Translations under genes and position numbers: made by a program
Notes under the pieces: model-generated
Database searches by the model: none
Told to the model about the DNA's origin: nothing
The model's input: only the letters and a program-made list of their open reading frames with translations
Shown: positions 1 through 8,677 of the stretch, piece by piece
Position numbering within the stretch: position 1 is the stretch's first letter
How the letters are laid out: each line of letters begins with the position of its first letter
From: Rhodospirillaceae bacterium
GTDB taxonomy: Bacteria > Pseudomonadota > Alphaproteobacteria > TMED109
Reading direction: 5' to 3'
Assembly (NCBI GenBank): GCA_902614225.1
Contig: CACMKJ010000001.1
Location: forward strand, 12,032 to 76,031
Length of the DNA: 64,000 nt

Positions 1-1
1 G

Positions 2-121
2 GCAGGTTATTTTGATGTTTTATTTGGCAGTGGTAGCTTTAAAAATTTAAAAGGGAAAAGATGTAATTATGGATTAACTATAACTCAAAAATCCTTTATT
101 ATGGAAGGACTCTGCAAGTAA
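2..121 (+). CDS. 3' end of a hypothetical protein, apparent paralogue of 170..655 (partial, runs off the window)
   Basis: Frame 2 is open from the edge to TAA at 119-121: AGYFDVLFGSGSFKNLKGKRCNYGLTITQKSFIMEGLCK. It has the same G...CxY...GxC C-terminal pattern as the next ORF. Confidence 0.7.
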   Translation, partial: AGYFDVLFGSGSFKNLKGKRCNYGLTITQKSFIMEGLCK

Positions 122-169
122 CCATTTTTATAGGAATTAAAGTTTCAAACTCAATGGAAATTAAATCAA

Positions 170-655
170 ATGAATAAACTAATCCTTATTTTAATAGTCA
201 TATTTGTAAGATTTGGAAATGTAAGTGCTAAGGATTATATTCTAGAGCAACAAGGAAAAAGAATTTTAGTTAAAGAGCACATATATTCTGATACTGATAA
301 TCTAAAAGTTTTTAAACTTGAAGGCACCTTCAAAGATAATGCTGGTAATTTTGGAGAGGTAAATAGCATAGTTAACGTAATAACTATTAATAATATTGTA
401 GTAAAGTTAGAGGCAAGTAATGAATTGGTTTATAATGAGAATATTAAAGCGTATAACACAGCTAAAAGAGCTAATAATGAATTAAAACAAGGAGTAGGTA
501 AATGGTATTTTACCTACGCTAGTAAAAGTATAAATGCAATAATCAATTCAGAATGCATATATAGTATAAGATATTATAAAGATAATTTTTTAACATTAGG
601 TAAGTGTGAAGTTCCTGAAAAAGCTTTTGAACAAATTAAAAACATTTCAAAATAA
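170..655 (+). CDS. Secreted hypothetical protein, probably beta-rich, with a C-terminal Cys pair
   Basis: Signal peptide MNKLILILIVIFV...VSA; GTFKDNAGNFG motif; ECIY...GKCE. Confidence 0.75.
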   Translation: MNKLILILIVIFVRFGNVSAKDYILEQQGKRILVKEHIYSDTDNLKVFKLEGTFKDNAGNFGEVNSIVNVITINNIVVKLEASNELVYNENIKAYNTAKRANNELKQGVGKWYFTYASKSINAIINSECIYSIRYYKDNFLTLGKCEVPEKAFEQIKNISK

Positions 656-731
656 ATATTATATTGCTTATTTTCGTAATATCTTATTATATATTGACTA
701 AGATGGTAAATAAAATTATGAAAGGAAAATT

Positions 732-1088
732 ATGCTCAGATATGTTATTTTAGGAAAATATTCTCAAGATTTTTTATCTGGATTAATTTATAACCCACAA
801 GATAGAAAAAAAGCTGCTGCTGCCATGATGAAAAAAGCAGGAGCTAAATGGGCAGAAGGAGAAAGTTACTTGCACATTAATCATCCTAATTATGATTTTG
901 TTGGTATCGTTTATTCAGAGGATGAGGCCACTATGAAAGCTAGTGCTGATATGATGAGAGCTACAGGTAGTTTTACAGAAATAAATTTTTTTAGAGCTTG
1001 GGTGCCTGAAGAATATACTGAAATTTCTAAAAAAGCATCTGAGTTAGTAGGTCTTTATGCAGCACCATCAGATTATAAAGAGGAATAA
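732..1088 (+). CDS. GYD domain-containing protein
   Basis: MLRYVILGKYS...GL..NPQDRKKAA...AGAK...YDFVGIV...YAAP pattern; SD AAAGGA upstream. Confidence 0.75.
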   Translation: MLRYVILGKYSQDFLSGLIYNPQDRKKAAAAMMKKAGAKWAEGESYLHINHPNYDFVGIVYSEDEATMKASADMMRATGSFTEINFFRAWVPEEYTEISKKASELVGLYAAPSDYKEE

Positions 1089-1090
1089 TA

Positions 1091-1336
1091 ATGTATCATA
1101 GAATTATCAATTTTACATTATTGGCACCTTCCCTATGGACTATGATAAATCAATTTAATGTTAAAGATAATAAGAATATCACAATAATTAAGATTGCTGA
1201 CAACAAAGGAGTTATAATTGAGTCTTACGAAAATTCCTCTTTAGCAGGAAAGCAGACAGCAATTTTAGTAGCAATGCAATCACTAAAAGCTCAAGCAATG
1301 GCAAAAGTTTTAGTTGAAGAGGGTTTAGAGATATAG
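1091..1336 (+). CDS. Small hypothetical protein (possible alpha/beta-barrel fold, may be degenerate)
   Basis: 81-aa ORF 2 nt after the GYD stop, with GAGGA upstream; no firm motif. Confidence 0.55.
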   Translation: MYHRIINFTLLAPSLWTMINQFNVKDNKNITIIKIADNKGVIIESYENSSLAGKQTAILVAMQSLKAQAMAKVLVEEGLEI

Positions 1337-1461
1337 TTTTCTTTGTTTTAGAAATTAAATTCTAGACGAAATTATGGACTGAAAAAATTACAATACTATT
1401 TTACGTAATATAATCAAACGATTATAATGGAACAGAAAGGAAGTTCTCTCCTTAATTAGTA

Positions 1462-2613
1462 TTATTTTTTTAATATATCTTTCTTAAAGTTTGAAGTGAA
1501 ATCGATAAGATTACCTGTACTTTCACCAATAGAAATTTTCTGATTAATTATTAAAGAACCTCTTTTCGCCTCATAGATTTTAAGGTTTAAAAAGCTAGAA
1601 TTATTTTCATCAGAAACTATGCCGTTAACTACGAATGAAGCATTAGATTCTGTGGCTATTAACATCACTTCAGGTGGGTTTAAGTTTTCTGACCCTTGAG
1701 GTGTTTTAACTATTGAAATTTTTTCTTCTTCAAATAATTGTTCACTAAATAATTTAGAGACATTTTCAATTTCTTGACCTGTTAAAATTTTTGATTGATT
1801 TTGAAATTCCATTAGCGCCACAAAAACAATATTACTTGATGCATTATTGTTATTTGGTAAACTACCTTGATCAGTTCTGAAACTTTCTAAAACACTTTTT
1901 GAATTATCAGTATATTCTATATCATTATTTGCTGTATTATTTAAAAAATAAAAGGTACCACCTACTACTACTAGAAATGATGCAATCATTGCTGCAATGA
2001 TGTATAGCTTTTTTTGAGATTTTTTAGACTTATTTTTATCTATAGTTATTTGACTGGTATATACCTTTATTTTTTTAGCTATATTTTTTAATTTTTTTTC
2101 ACCCTGGTATTTAAAAGAAATATCTACTTTATCTTCAACTTCTCGGTAGACCTTTTCTGAAACCGTAATTTCACCTACAGGAGCTATGGCTTCAAGTCGT
2201 GCAGCAATATTAACATTATCACCATATAAGTTATTATCTTGAGTCATAATATCCCCAAGGTTTATACCAACTCTAAACTCTATAGTAATATTATCCTGAA
2301 TTTCCTTAGCTTTTTTCGATACTTCTTTTTGTATAGAAATAGCCGCCTCCATAGCATCTACAGGACTAGCAAACTCAGCCATAATTGAGTCTCCTGCAGT
2401 AGAAAAAATTCTACCATTTAATTCCTGTATAATTTTATCAGTAATTTTTCTGGTCTCTTTTAGCCTAAAAAGAGTAAGTTTTTCATTAGAGGCCATTAGT
2501 TTGCTGTAGCCGACTACATCTGCTGCAAAAATTGCTGCCATTTTTCTAACTGCGCCTGCTGTATCTTTTTTTTCTTTATCTAAAACATATATATTTTTGT
2601 TAGATTCTGACAT
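1462..2613 (-). CDS. Class III adenylate/guanylate cyclase with one TM helix and a periplasmic TolB-N/CsgG-like domain
   Basis: AIFAADVVGYS, TAGDS, FRVGINLGD, YGDNVNIAARLE, LKNI; TM segment YIIAAMIASFLVVVGGTFYFL. Confidence 0.9.
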   Translation of the reverse strand: MSESNKNIYVLDKEKKDTAGAVRKMAAIFAADVVGYSKLMASNEKLTLFRLKETRKITDKIIQELNGRIFSTAGDSIMAEFASPVDAMEAAISIQKEVSKKAKEIQDNITIEFRVGINLGDIMTQDNNLYGDNVNIAARLEAIAPVGEITVSEKVYREVEDKVDISFKYQGEKKLKNIAKKIKVYTSQITIDKNKSKKSQKKLYIIAAMIASFLVVVGGTFYFLNNTANNDIEYTDNSKSVLESFRTDQGSLPNNNNASSNIVFVALMEFQNQSKILTGQEIENVSKLFSEQLFEEEKISIVKTPQGSENLNPPEVMLIATESNASFVVNGIVSDENNSSFLNLKIYEAKRGSLIINQKISIGESTGNLIDFTSNFKKDILKK

Positions 2614-2657
2614 AATTTTATTGTAGTTACTTTATTAAATATTTAAAGAATTTTTTT

Positions 2658-3122
2658 ATGATTAATATAGTTTTGTATAATCCTCAAATACCTCCTAACA
2701 CAGGTAATATTATGCGATTATGTTCTAATACAGGATTTAGTTTACATATAATTGAACCTTTAGGTTTCCATTTAGATGATAAATCTTTAAAAAGGGCAAA
2801 ATTGGACTATTTTTCTGATATAAATCCAACCATACATAAAAATTATATAAGTTTTATAAATACTACAGATGAGAAAAAAATATATGCTGTAACTAAATTT
2901 GGCACGAGAATACATACAGAAATAAAATATGATAAAGATATTTTTTTACTTTTTGGTTCAGAAACTACAGGCTTGCCTAAGGTAATATTAAGTAAATTAC
3001 AGAATCGGTCAATCAAAATTCCTATGATTAATGATAGCCGTAGTTTAAATTTGAGTAACTCTGTTGCTATTGTTGTATTTGAGGTTTGGAGACAATTAAA
3101 ATTTAGTGGCGCCAATTTATGA
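2658..3122 (+). CDS. trmL: tRNA (cytidine/uridine-34 2'-O)-methyltransferase
   Basis: PQIPPNTGNIMRLC, LFGSETTGLP, RSLNLSNSVA SPOUT motifs. Confidence 0.95.
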   Translation: MINIVLYNPQIPPNTGNIMRLCSNTGFSLHIIEPLGFHLDDKSLKRAKLDYFSDINPTIHKNYISFINTTDEKKIYAVTKFGTRIHTEIKYDKDIFLLFGSETTGLPKVILSKLQNRSIKIPMINDSRSLNLSNSVAIVVFEVWRQLKFSGANL

Positions 3123-3160
3123 GATAATATATATTAATATATATATTAAGGGAGTTTATA

Positions 3161-4240
3161 ATGATGTTTTCAAGAAGTTTAGTTGTAATTATTTCTATTT
3201 TAAGTTTAATTTTCTCTTCATGTTCTAACAATGAAAGTTCATCTAAATCTTCAGGTGAAGGTGAAAGTGAAAAAAAAATTAGATGGAAGATGGCAAGCAC
3301 TTTTGCGGGAAATTTGACACAATTAGGATCGTCAGGAGTTAGGTTTTCTGAGCAAATAGAAGTAATATCAGGTGGAAACATTAAAGTAAAATTTTTTGAT
3401 CCAGGTGCACTAGTTCCAGCATTAGAGATATTTGATGCTGTATCTTCTGGCTCTATCGATGCCGGTTGGTCTACTCCTGGCTACTGGGCAGGAAAAGTTC
3501 CAGCATTACCTCTTTTTGCCGCTGTCCCATTTGGTCCTTCTGCGCAAGAATATATATCTTGGATTTATTATGGAGGAGGTAAAGAATTATTTGAAGAAAT
3601 TTATGCTAAACACAATATCAAAGGAATAATTTGTGGGGTTGTTCCTCCAGAAGCTTCGGGATGGTTCCGTAAAGAAATAAAATCTGTTGAAGATCTAAAG
3701 GGAATGAAAATGAGATTTTTTGGATTAGGCGCTAAAGTTATGGAAAAAATAGGAGTCTCTACTCAATTAATAGCTGGAGGAGATATTTTCCCTGCTTTAG
3801 AACTAGGCACTATTGATGCTACTGAATTTTCCATGCCAGCTGTAGATTTAGATCTAGGTTTTTATCAGGTAGCAAAGCATTATTATTTTCCTGGCTGGCA
3901 TCAACAATCGACATTATTTGAACTAATGGTAAATATGGATAAGTGGAACAAGTTATCTGATACACAAAAAGCGCAGATCGAGTCAGCATGTGGTGATAAC
4001 ATTAGAAATGGTATAGCTGAAGGAGAAGCTATTCAAGTAAAAGCACTTAAAACTTTAGAGAGTAAAGGGGTTAAAATTCATCAATGGAGTCAAGAAATTC
4101 TCGATACTTTAGAACAAGCTTGGCTAGAAGTAGTAGAAGAAGAAAGTGCTAGAGATGATGATTTTAAAAGATCTTGGGAGTCATTAAGTACATTTAGGAA
4201 AAATATTGAAACATGGAAGACCTTGGGATATCTAAAGTAA
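3161..4240 (+). CDS. TRAP transporter substrate-binding protein (DctP family, keto-acid/lactate-like subfamily), predicted lipoprotein
   Basis: RWKMAS, DAVSSGSID, YWAGK, LKGMKMRFFGLG, FPALELGTIDATEF, YFPGWHQ; lipobox-like IFSSC; SD GGAG. Confidence 0.92.
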   Translation: MMFSRSLVVIISILSLIFSSCSNNESSSKSSGEGESEKKIRWKMASTFAGNLTQLGSSGVRFSEQIEVISGGNIKVKFFDPGALVPALEIFDAVSSGSIDAGWSTPGYWAGKVPALPLFAAVPFGPSAQEYISWIYYGGGKELFEEIYAKHNIKGIICGVVPPEASGWFRKEIKSVEDLKGMKMRFFGLGAKVMEKIGVSTQLIAGGDIFPALELGTIDATEFSMPAVDLDLGFYQVAKHYYFPGWHQQSTLFELMVNMDKWNKLSDTQKAQIESACGDNIRNGIAEGEAIQVKALKTLESKGVKIHQWSQEILDTLEQAWLEVVEEESARDDDFKRSWESLSTFRKNIETWKTLGYLK

Positions 4241-4258
4241 ATTATTATTGAACATTAA

Positions 4259-5737
4259 TTGTTAGCAAAAAATAAAATATCTTTATATGGTATTACTACC
4301 GGTTTTTTTATTCTATTAAGCTTTATTTTTACAGAACCACCAGTAGGATTAAATAGAACTGCTTGGCTAACTGCTGGAATTGCTATATTGATGACTATTT
4401 GGTGGGTTACGGAAGCTGTTCCTATTTATATTACTGGATTAGTGCCATTAGTTTTATTTCCGCTTTTAGAAACATTTAGTATCAAAACAGTTTCAGCGTC
4501 TTATGCTCATCCATTAGTTTTATTGTTTTTGGGAGGTTTTATCATAGCCTCTGCTATGGAGAGTAGTGGATTACATAAAAGAATAGCTTTAAAAATTTTA
4601 GGACTGTGTGGTACAAGCCCAAGTAAAATTATTGCAGGATTTATGTTTACAACGGCTATGTTAAGTATGTGGGTAAGTAATACAGCCTCTACTGTTATGA
4701 TGTTACCTATAGCAATGTCTGTGATTACTATTTTTTCAAAAAATAATATTATAAATAAAAATGAATTTGCGATACCATTATTGTTGGCTATAGCCTACTC
4801 TGCTTCTATTGGTGGAACAGCAACGCTCATAGGTACTCCCACAAATATAATGTTGGCGAGCATATTAAGTGATACTTATAATTATAGTATAGGTTTTATA
4901 GATTGGTTTATCATAGGGTTTCCAATAGTTTTAGTGTTATTACCTATAGTCTGGTTTTTTTTGAATAAAATAATTTTTAAAGTTTCTTCTAAAAAATCAT
5001 CTGCTCTTGAGAAAGTATTAGCTGATCTTAATGAAAAAATTGGAAAAGCTAGCATAACTGAGAAGGTAGTAGCAATTATATTTTTTTTTACAGCTATCTT
5101 ATGGATATTTAGAAAAATATTGAATAATTTATTAGATTTAAACCTTAATGATACCTCTATTAGTATTTTTGGAGCAATAATGCTTTTTATAATGCCTACT
5201 GGAAAAAATAAGAGAGCATGCAATTGGGAGTCAGCTAGTAAAATTCCCTGGGGCGTATTATTTTTAGTAGGAGGAGGTATAGCATTATCTAATGCTTTTA
5301 AGACTTCAGGGTTAGCAAATTGGATAGGTTCATTTTCAAGTTATTTATACCATATAGACACTTATGCTCTGATACTTATCGCAGTTTTATTAATAATTTT
5401 CTTAACTGAACTTAACTCAAATACTGCTACAGTAGCAACCTTTACTCCTATATTAATAATTTTTGCAATAGGCTTGGAAATAAATCCATTATTTTTTGTC
5501 ATTCCAACTACTATAGCAGCAAGCTGTGCATTTATGTTACCAATAGCAACTCCTCCAAATGCTGTAATTTTTGGAAGTGGACAATTAGATATTAAAGATA
5601 TGGTAAAGGCCGGTATAGGTCTAAATTTTCTATCAGCTCTAGTGGTTTCAATATTGAGCATTATTATATTAAATCTTTTCTTTGGGTTGCAAATAACAAG
5701 CATACCTGATTGGGCTTTGAATGGAAAAATTAATTAA
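4259..5737 (+). CDS. DASS/SLC13 family Na+-coupled anion (dicarboxylate/sulfate) symporter
   Basis: WWVTEAVP, SMWVSNTA, GTPTN, TELNSNTA, LPIATPPNA motifs; TTG start. Confidence 0.92.
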   Translation: MLAKNKISLYGITTGFFILLSFIFTEPPVGLNRTAWLTAGIAILMTIWWVTEAVPIYITGLVPLVLFPLLETFSIKTVSASYAHPLVLLFLGGFIIASAMESSGLHKRIALKILGLCGTSPSKIIAGFMFTTAMLSMWVSNTASTVMMLPIAMSVITIFSKNNIINKNEFAIPLLLAIAYSASIGGTATLIGTPTNIMLASILSDTYNYSIGFIDWFIIGFPIVLVLLPIVWFFLNKIIFKVSSKKSSALEKVLADLNEKIGKASITEKVVAIIFFFTAILWIFRKILNNLLDLNLNDTSISIFGAIMLFIMPTGKNKRACNWESASKIPWGVLFLVGGGIALSNAFKTSGLANWIGSFSSYLYHIDTYALILIAVLLIIFLTELNSNTATVATFTPILIIFAIGLEINPLFFVIPTTIAASCAFMLPIATPPNAVIFGSGQLDIKDMVKAGIGLNFLSALVVSILSIIILNLFFGLQITSIPDWALNGKIN

Positions 5738-6239
5738 CAGTATTAATTTTTTTTATAAAGCTTTTTGTATTATTTAAACATAATAAAAATTCTATAAAAA
5801 CAGAAAAAATTATAGTACCTATTAAACTACTTTGTAAAAATGGAATAGCCATGGTGTAACATGTAATTAACCCTTCTAAGTTTTTTGTATATAAATCACT
5901 AGAAGTCCAAACACCAAAGTTTGAAACTAGAAAAAATATAATGCAACTTAACGATACGCCGAAAATTCTAAAATAAAATTTTTTAAAGTATTTTGCATAA
6001 TATGCTATTAAAAATAGACTACCCCATGTAAAAAAAACTAAATTATGCAAACCTAAAACTAAGTCGCTTATAATAAATGCGCTAAGTGCAACAATTATAA
6101 ATTTAGCTCCAAAAAGAGCAGGTAGGTAAAAAGCAACAGCAATAGTTGAAGTAAAATTAGGTGGATGAGGTAATAGTCTGCTTATTATAATTGAAAGAAA
6201 ACTGATTAAGATGAATTTTTTTAATGATATATTACTCAT
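5730..6239 (-). CDS. DUF6580 family putative transport protein (ECF S-component-like), likely cobalamin related
   Basis: RLLPHPPNFT, SDLVLG, FFLVSNFGVW, GLITCYTMAIPF; lies directly downstream of btuB. Confidence 0.8.
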   Translation of the reverse strand: MSNISLKKFILISFLSIIISRLLPHPPNFTSTIAVAFYLPALFGAKFIIVALSAFIISDLVLGLHNLVFFTWGSLFLIAYYAKYFKKFYFRIFGVSLSCIIFFLVSNFGVWTSSDLYTKNLEGLITCYTMAIPFLQSSLIGTIIFSVFIEFLLCLNNTKSFIKKINTVN

Positions 6240-6274
6240 ATTTTATTATATAATATTTATAACTCAATTTCACT

Positions 6275-8101
6275 TTAATTTGTAAATTTTATACCTAGAT
6301 AAATTGACCGGTCTGGACTTTTATAGCCTAGATTTTCAGATGTTCCTCCACCTCTGTTTACTATGTTTTCTCTATCAAGTAGATTTTCAATTTTAAAAAA
6401 TGCTTTAGCATTATTTTCAATTGCATAGCTTGTATATATATTTAAAGATTTATAAACGGGAAGTTCATTGTATTTAGTATCTCTAGCTTTATTTTGAAAC
6501 TGATAAGAAGTATTTATAGTAATATCATTCAAAGGCTTTAAATTTAAAAAGAATAAAACTTTATCTTTTGGAACTAATACAATATTATCACCATCATTTT
6601 CTTTAGCATTAGTTTTTGTAAAATTCAAACCAGTAGAAATATTATGATATATTTTACTTTTCAGTCTTAACTCTAAACCATTAGATTTCAAATTTGAGCT
6701 AGTTTGTCTATATTTTGACGAAGCATAGGTAATAATATCTTCTACTTTAGTTTCAAAAACACCCAGGTATAAATTTGACGAATCTAGAAAAAAATTTAAT
6801 TCACCTCCTAGGTCATAAGTTAAAGAGGTCTCTGGTTGTAAATTAGTATTTCCATATGCGCTATATAACTCATAAGGTGTGGGTGTTCTATAGCCTGTTC
6901 CTATGCTAGATCTTAATATGATTGATTTGTATGGGTTATGATTAATTTGAATTCTACCTGTATCAAACTGTCCGTAGTTATCATCATATTCTCTTCTTCC
7001 AGAAATATCTATGTTAGTGTTAACAGTAGGTTTTATCTGTAATTCAGAAAAAAAAGAATGAATTGTTTGATCAGCGAGTGTACCAGTCATGTCAGCACTT
7101 TTTTTTAAATAATCGATACCTAACAGAGTGTCAATCTTCCAAAGGCGAGTTGTTAATAAATATTCAAACTTATTTTTTCTTCCATCATATTCGTATCGCC
7201 CATAGTTACTAACATTTATCCTATTTGTATAAGTAGGTTGAAATGTTAATTTATGACTAAGATTATTTTTTGAATACACCGCGCTTAATAGTAATGCTTT
7301 AGATTTATCATATCTGTAATGGTATAAGCTGTCTCCTGGAAATGAATAGTTATCATCAAATTCATTGTATTTGTAATAAGACCTAGCATTTAAATTTATT
7401 TTTAAATTTTGATTTACTTTGAAATCAGATACTAAAGAACCTCCGTAAAGATAATAACCATCTTTTTCAAAAGGACTTAACCCAGTATCAATAAAAGAGC
7501 TGTATCCTGTTGATCTTTCAGAGTCAACAGTTAAAGCAAAGTTAACTCTATTATTTAGAAACTTAAATAAATGAGAGTTGTTAATAGTTCCATAAGAACC
7601 TCCTTGCAAAGTGTTTTCTTGGGTTAGTCCTAACTTTGTAGCTTTATTTGAATTTATAGATATAACACCACCAATAGCATCTCCACCATACATTGTCCCT
7701 TGTGACCCATTTAATATTTCAATGGTTCCAATGTTATTTCTGCTTATATCATCTATATATGTTGGCTCTTCTTGTGTTGAAGTAATATCAGACAGATCCA
7801 TTCCATCTACCAACACTTTTATATATTTTCTTGCCAGACCTCTATTAAAATAACTACTATCTGATCCTTTATTACCTTTTGTAGCTACTGAAAAACCTCC
7901 ATATTCTTGAAGTAATCCACTAATTGTAGTAGATGGAGATTCTTCAATTTCTTTTTTTTCTATTAACAAGATTGATGCTCCTGATTTATCAAGTTGATAT
8001 AAAGATTTATTTGGAGAAATAACAACTTTTCCTAAATCGTCAGCGGAAATTAAAAGCTTATATTGAACAAGACTAAGTAAAATTAGAAAATAAAAATGCA
8101 T
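6275..8101 (-). CDS. btuB: TonB-dependent receptor, cobalamin transporter BtuB-like
   Basis: Plug motifs (VLVDG, IEILNGSQGTMYGGDAIGGVI) and GTGYRTPTPYELY...GNTNLQPE; upstream cobalamin riboswitch; ATG at 8101 with SD AAGGGG preferred over 8137. Confidence 0.85.
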   Translation of the reverse strand: MHFYFLILLSLVQYKLLISADDLGKVVISPNKSLYQLDKSGASILLIEKKEIEESPSTTISGLLQEYGGFSVATKGNKGSDSSYFNRGLARKYIKVLVDGMDLSDITSTQEEPTYIDDISRNNIGTIEILNGSQGTMYGGDAIGGVISINSNKATKLGLTQENTLQGGSYGTINNSHLFKFLNNRVNFALTVDSERSTGYSSFIDTGLSPFEKDGYYLYGGSLVSDFKVNQNLKINLNARSYYKYNEFDDNYSFPGDSLYHYRYDKSKALLLSAVYSKNNLSHKLTFQPTYTNRINVSNYGRYEYDGRKNKFEYLLTTRLWKIDTLLGIDYLKKSADMTGTLADQTIHSFFSELQIKPTVNTNIDISGRREYDDNYGQFDTGRIQINHNPYKSIILRSSIGTGYRTPTPYELYSAYGNTNLQPETSLTYDLGGELNFFLDSSNLYLGVFETKVEDIITYASSKYRQTSSNLKSNGLELRLKSKIYHNISTGLNFTKTNAKENDGDNIVLVPKDKVLFFLNLKPLNDITINTSYQFQNKARDTKYNELPVYKSLNIYTSYAIENNAKAFFKIENLLDRENIVNRGGGTSENLGYKSPDRSIYLGIKFTN

Positions 8102-8187
8102 AGTACACCCTTTAAAATAAAATAAAAAAATGTCCATGAACGAATTAATCGCGCTTTCAACGCACCCTCCGACGTTAAGCTACAGAC

Positions 8188-8345
8188 TGTGCTTGGCAGG
8201 TTTCCTGGCTTAAAGTATTTACGTTAACTTTCCTTCCCGACAAAGCAGTGGATTAATAGTTAACTAAACTTGTACAGTTGCGGAGACAGCTTAGGATTTT
8301 AACCTAATTCCCTTTTAATTTTGAATTAACAAAACACCAAGTACA
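8188..8345 (-). promoter_or_regulatory. Cobalamin (B12) riboswitch
   Basis: Minus strand reads GGTG...AAAAGGGAAttaGGTtaaAaTCCtaagCTGtctCCGCAACTGTA...CCACTG...GGGAAGG...AGCCAGGAAACCTGCC (B12 box), with P1 ACTTGGT/GCCAAGC. Confidence 0.95.
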
Positions 8346-8371
8346 TTAAAATTGTAGAGAAAGTCTAAAAA

Positions 8372-8677
8372 TTACTCAACTTTTTTTTTGAAAAATTTAT
8401 TGAAAAATTTTTTTTGAAAAGCCCAAAAGTAATTAAATTGTCCAAATAAAGTGCCAACAAAAATCAAAATAATCTGATAAATTGGGAAGATTATTAAGAT
8501 ATTTAATATAAATTTTATAAAAGTACTTTTTATATATTCATCATAATTTAAATAATTTAATATAGGGTTAGATACAAAAACTGATACAGTGCCACTGATC
8601 CCAAAAACTATAAAAACAATTATTAGTTGCTTTAGGCTATTAGTTTTGAAAATATTATGAAGTTTTTTAATTAAGAT
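8372..8677 (-). CDS. DUF6787-like small membrane protein (absent from the ORF track; non-canonical start)
   Basis: Open frame ILIKKLHNIFKTNSLKQLIIVFIVFGISGTVSVFVSNPILNYL...ILIIFPIYQIILIFVGTLFGQFNYFWAFQKKFF...KVE*; GGAG lies 8 nt before the ATC at 8677. Confidence 0.78.
   Translation of the reverse strand: MLIKKLHNIFKTNSLKQLIIVFIVFGISGTVSVFVSNPILNYLNYDEYIKSTFIKFILNILIIFPIYQIILIFVGTLFGQFNYFWAFQKKFFNKFFKKKVE

Noticed and set aside
1337-1461. 125-nt gap with a purine-rich stretch, a possible gene remnant or sRNA
   Set aside because: The + strand frames I read have early stops, and I recognise no structure or family.
3123-3150. ATATATTAATATAT palindrome upstream of the TRAP SBP
   Set aside because: Pure AT low complexity, expected by chance at this composition.
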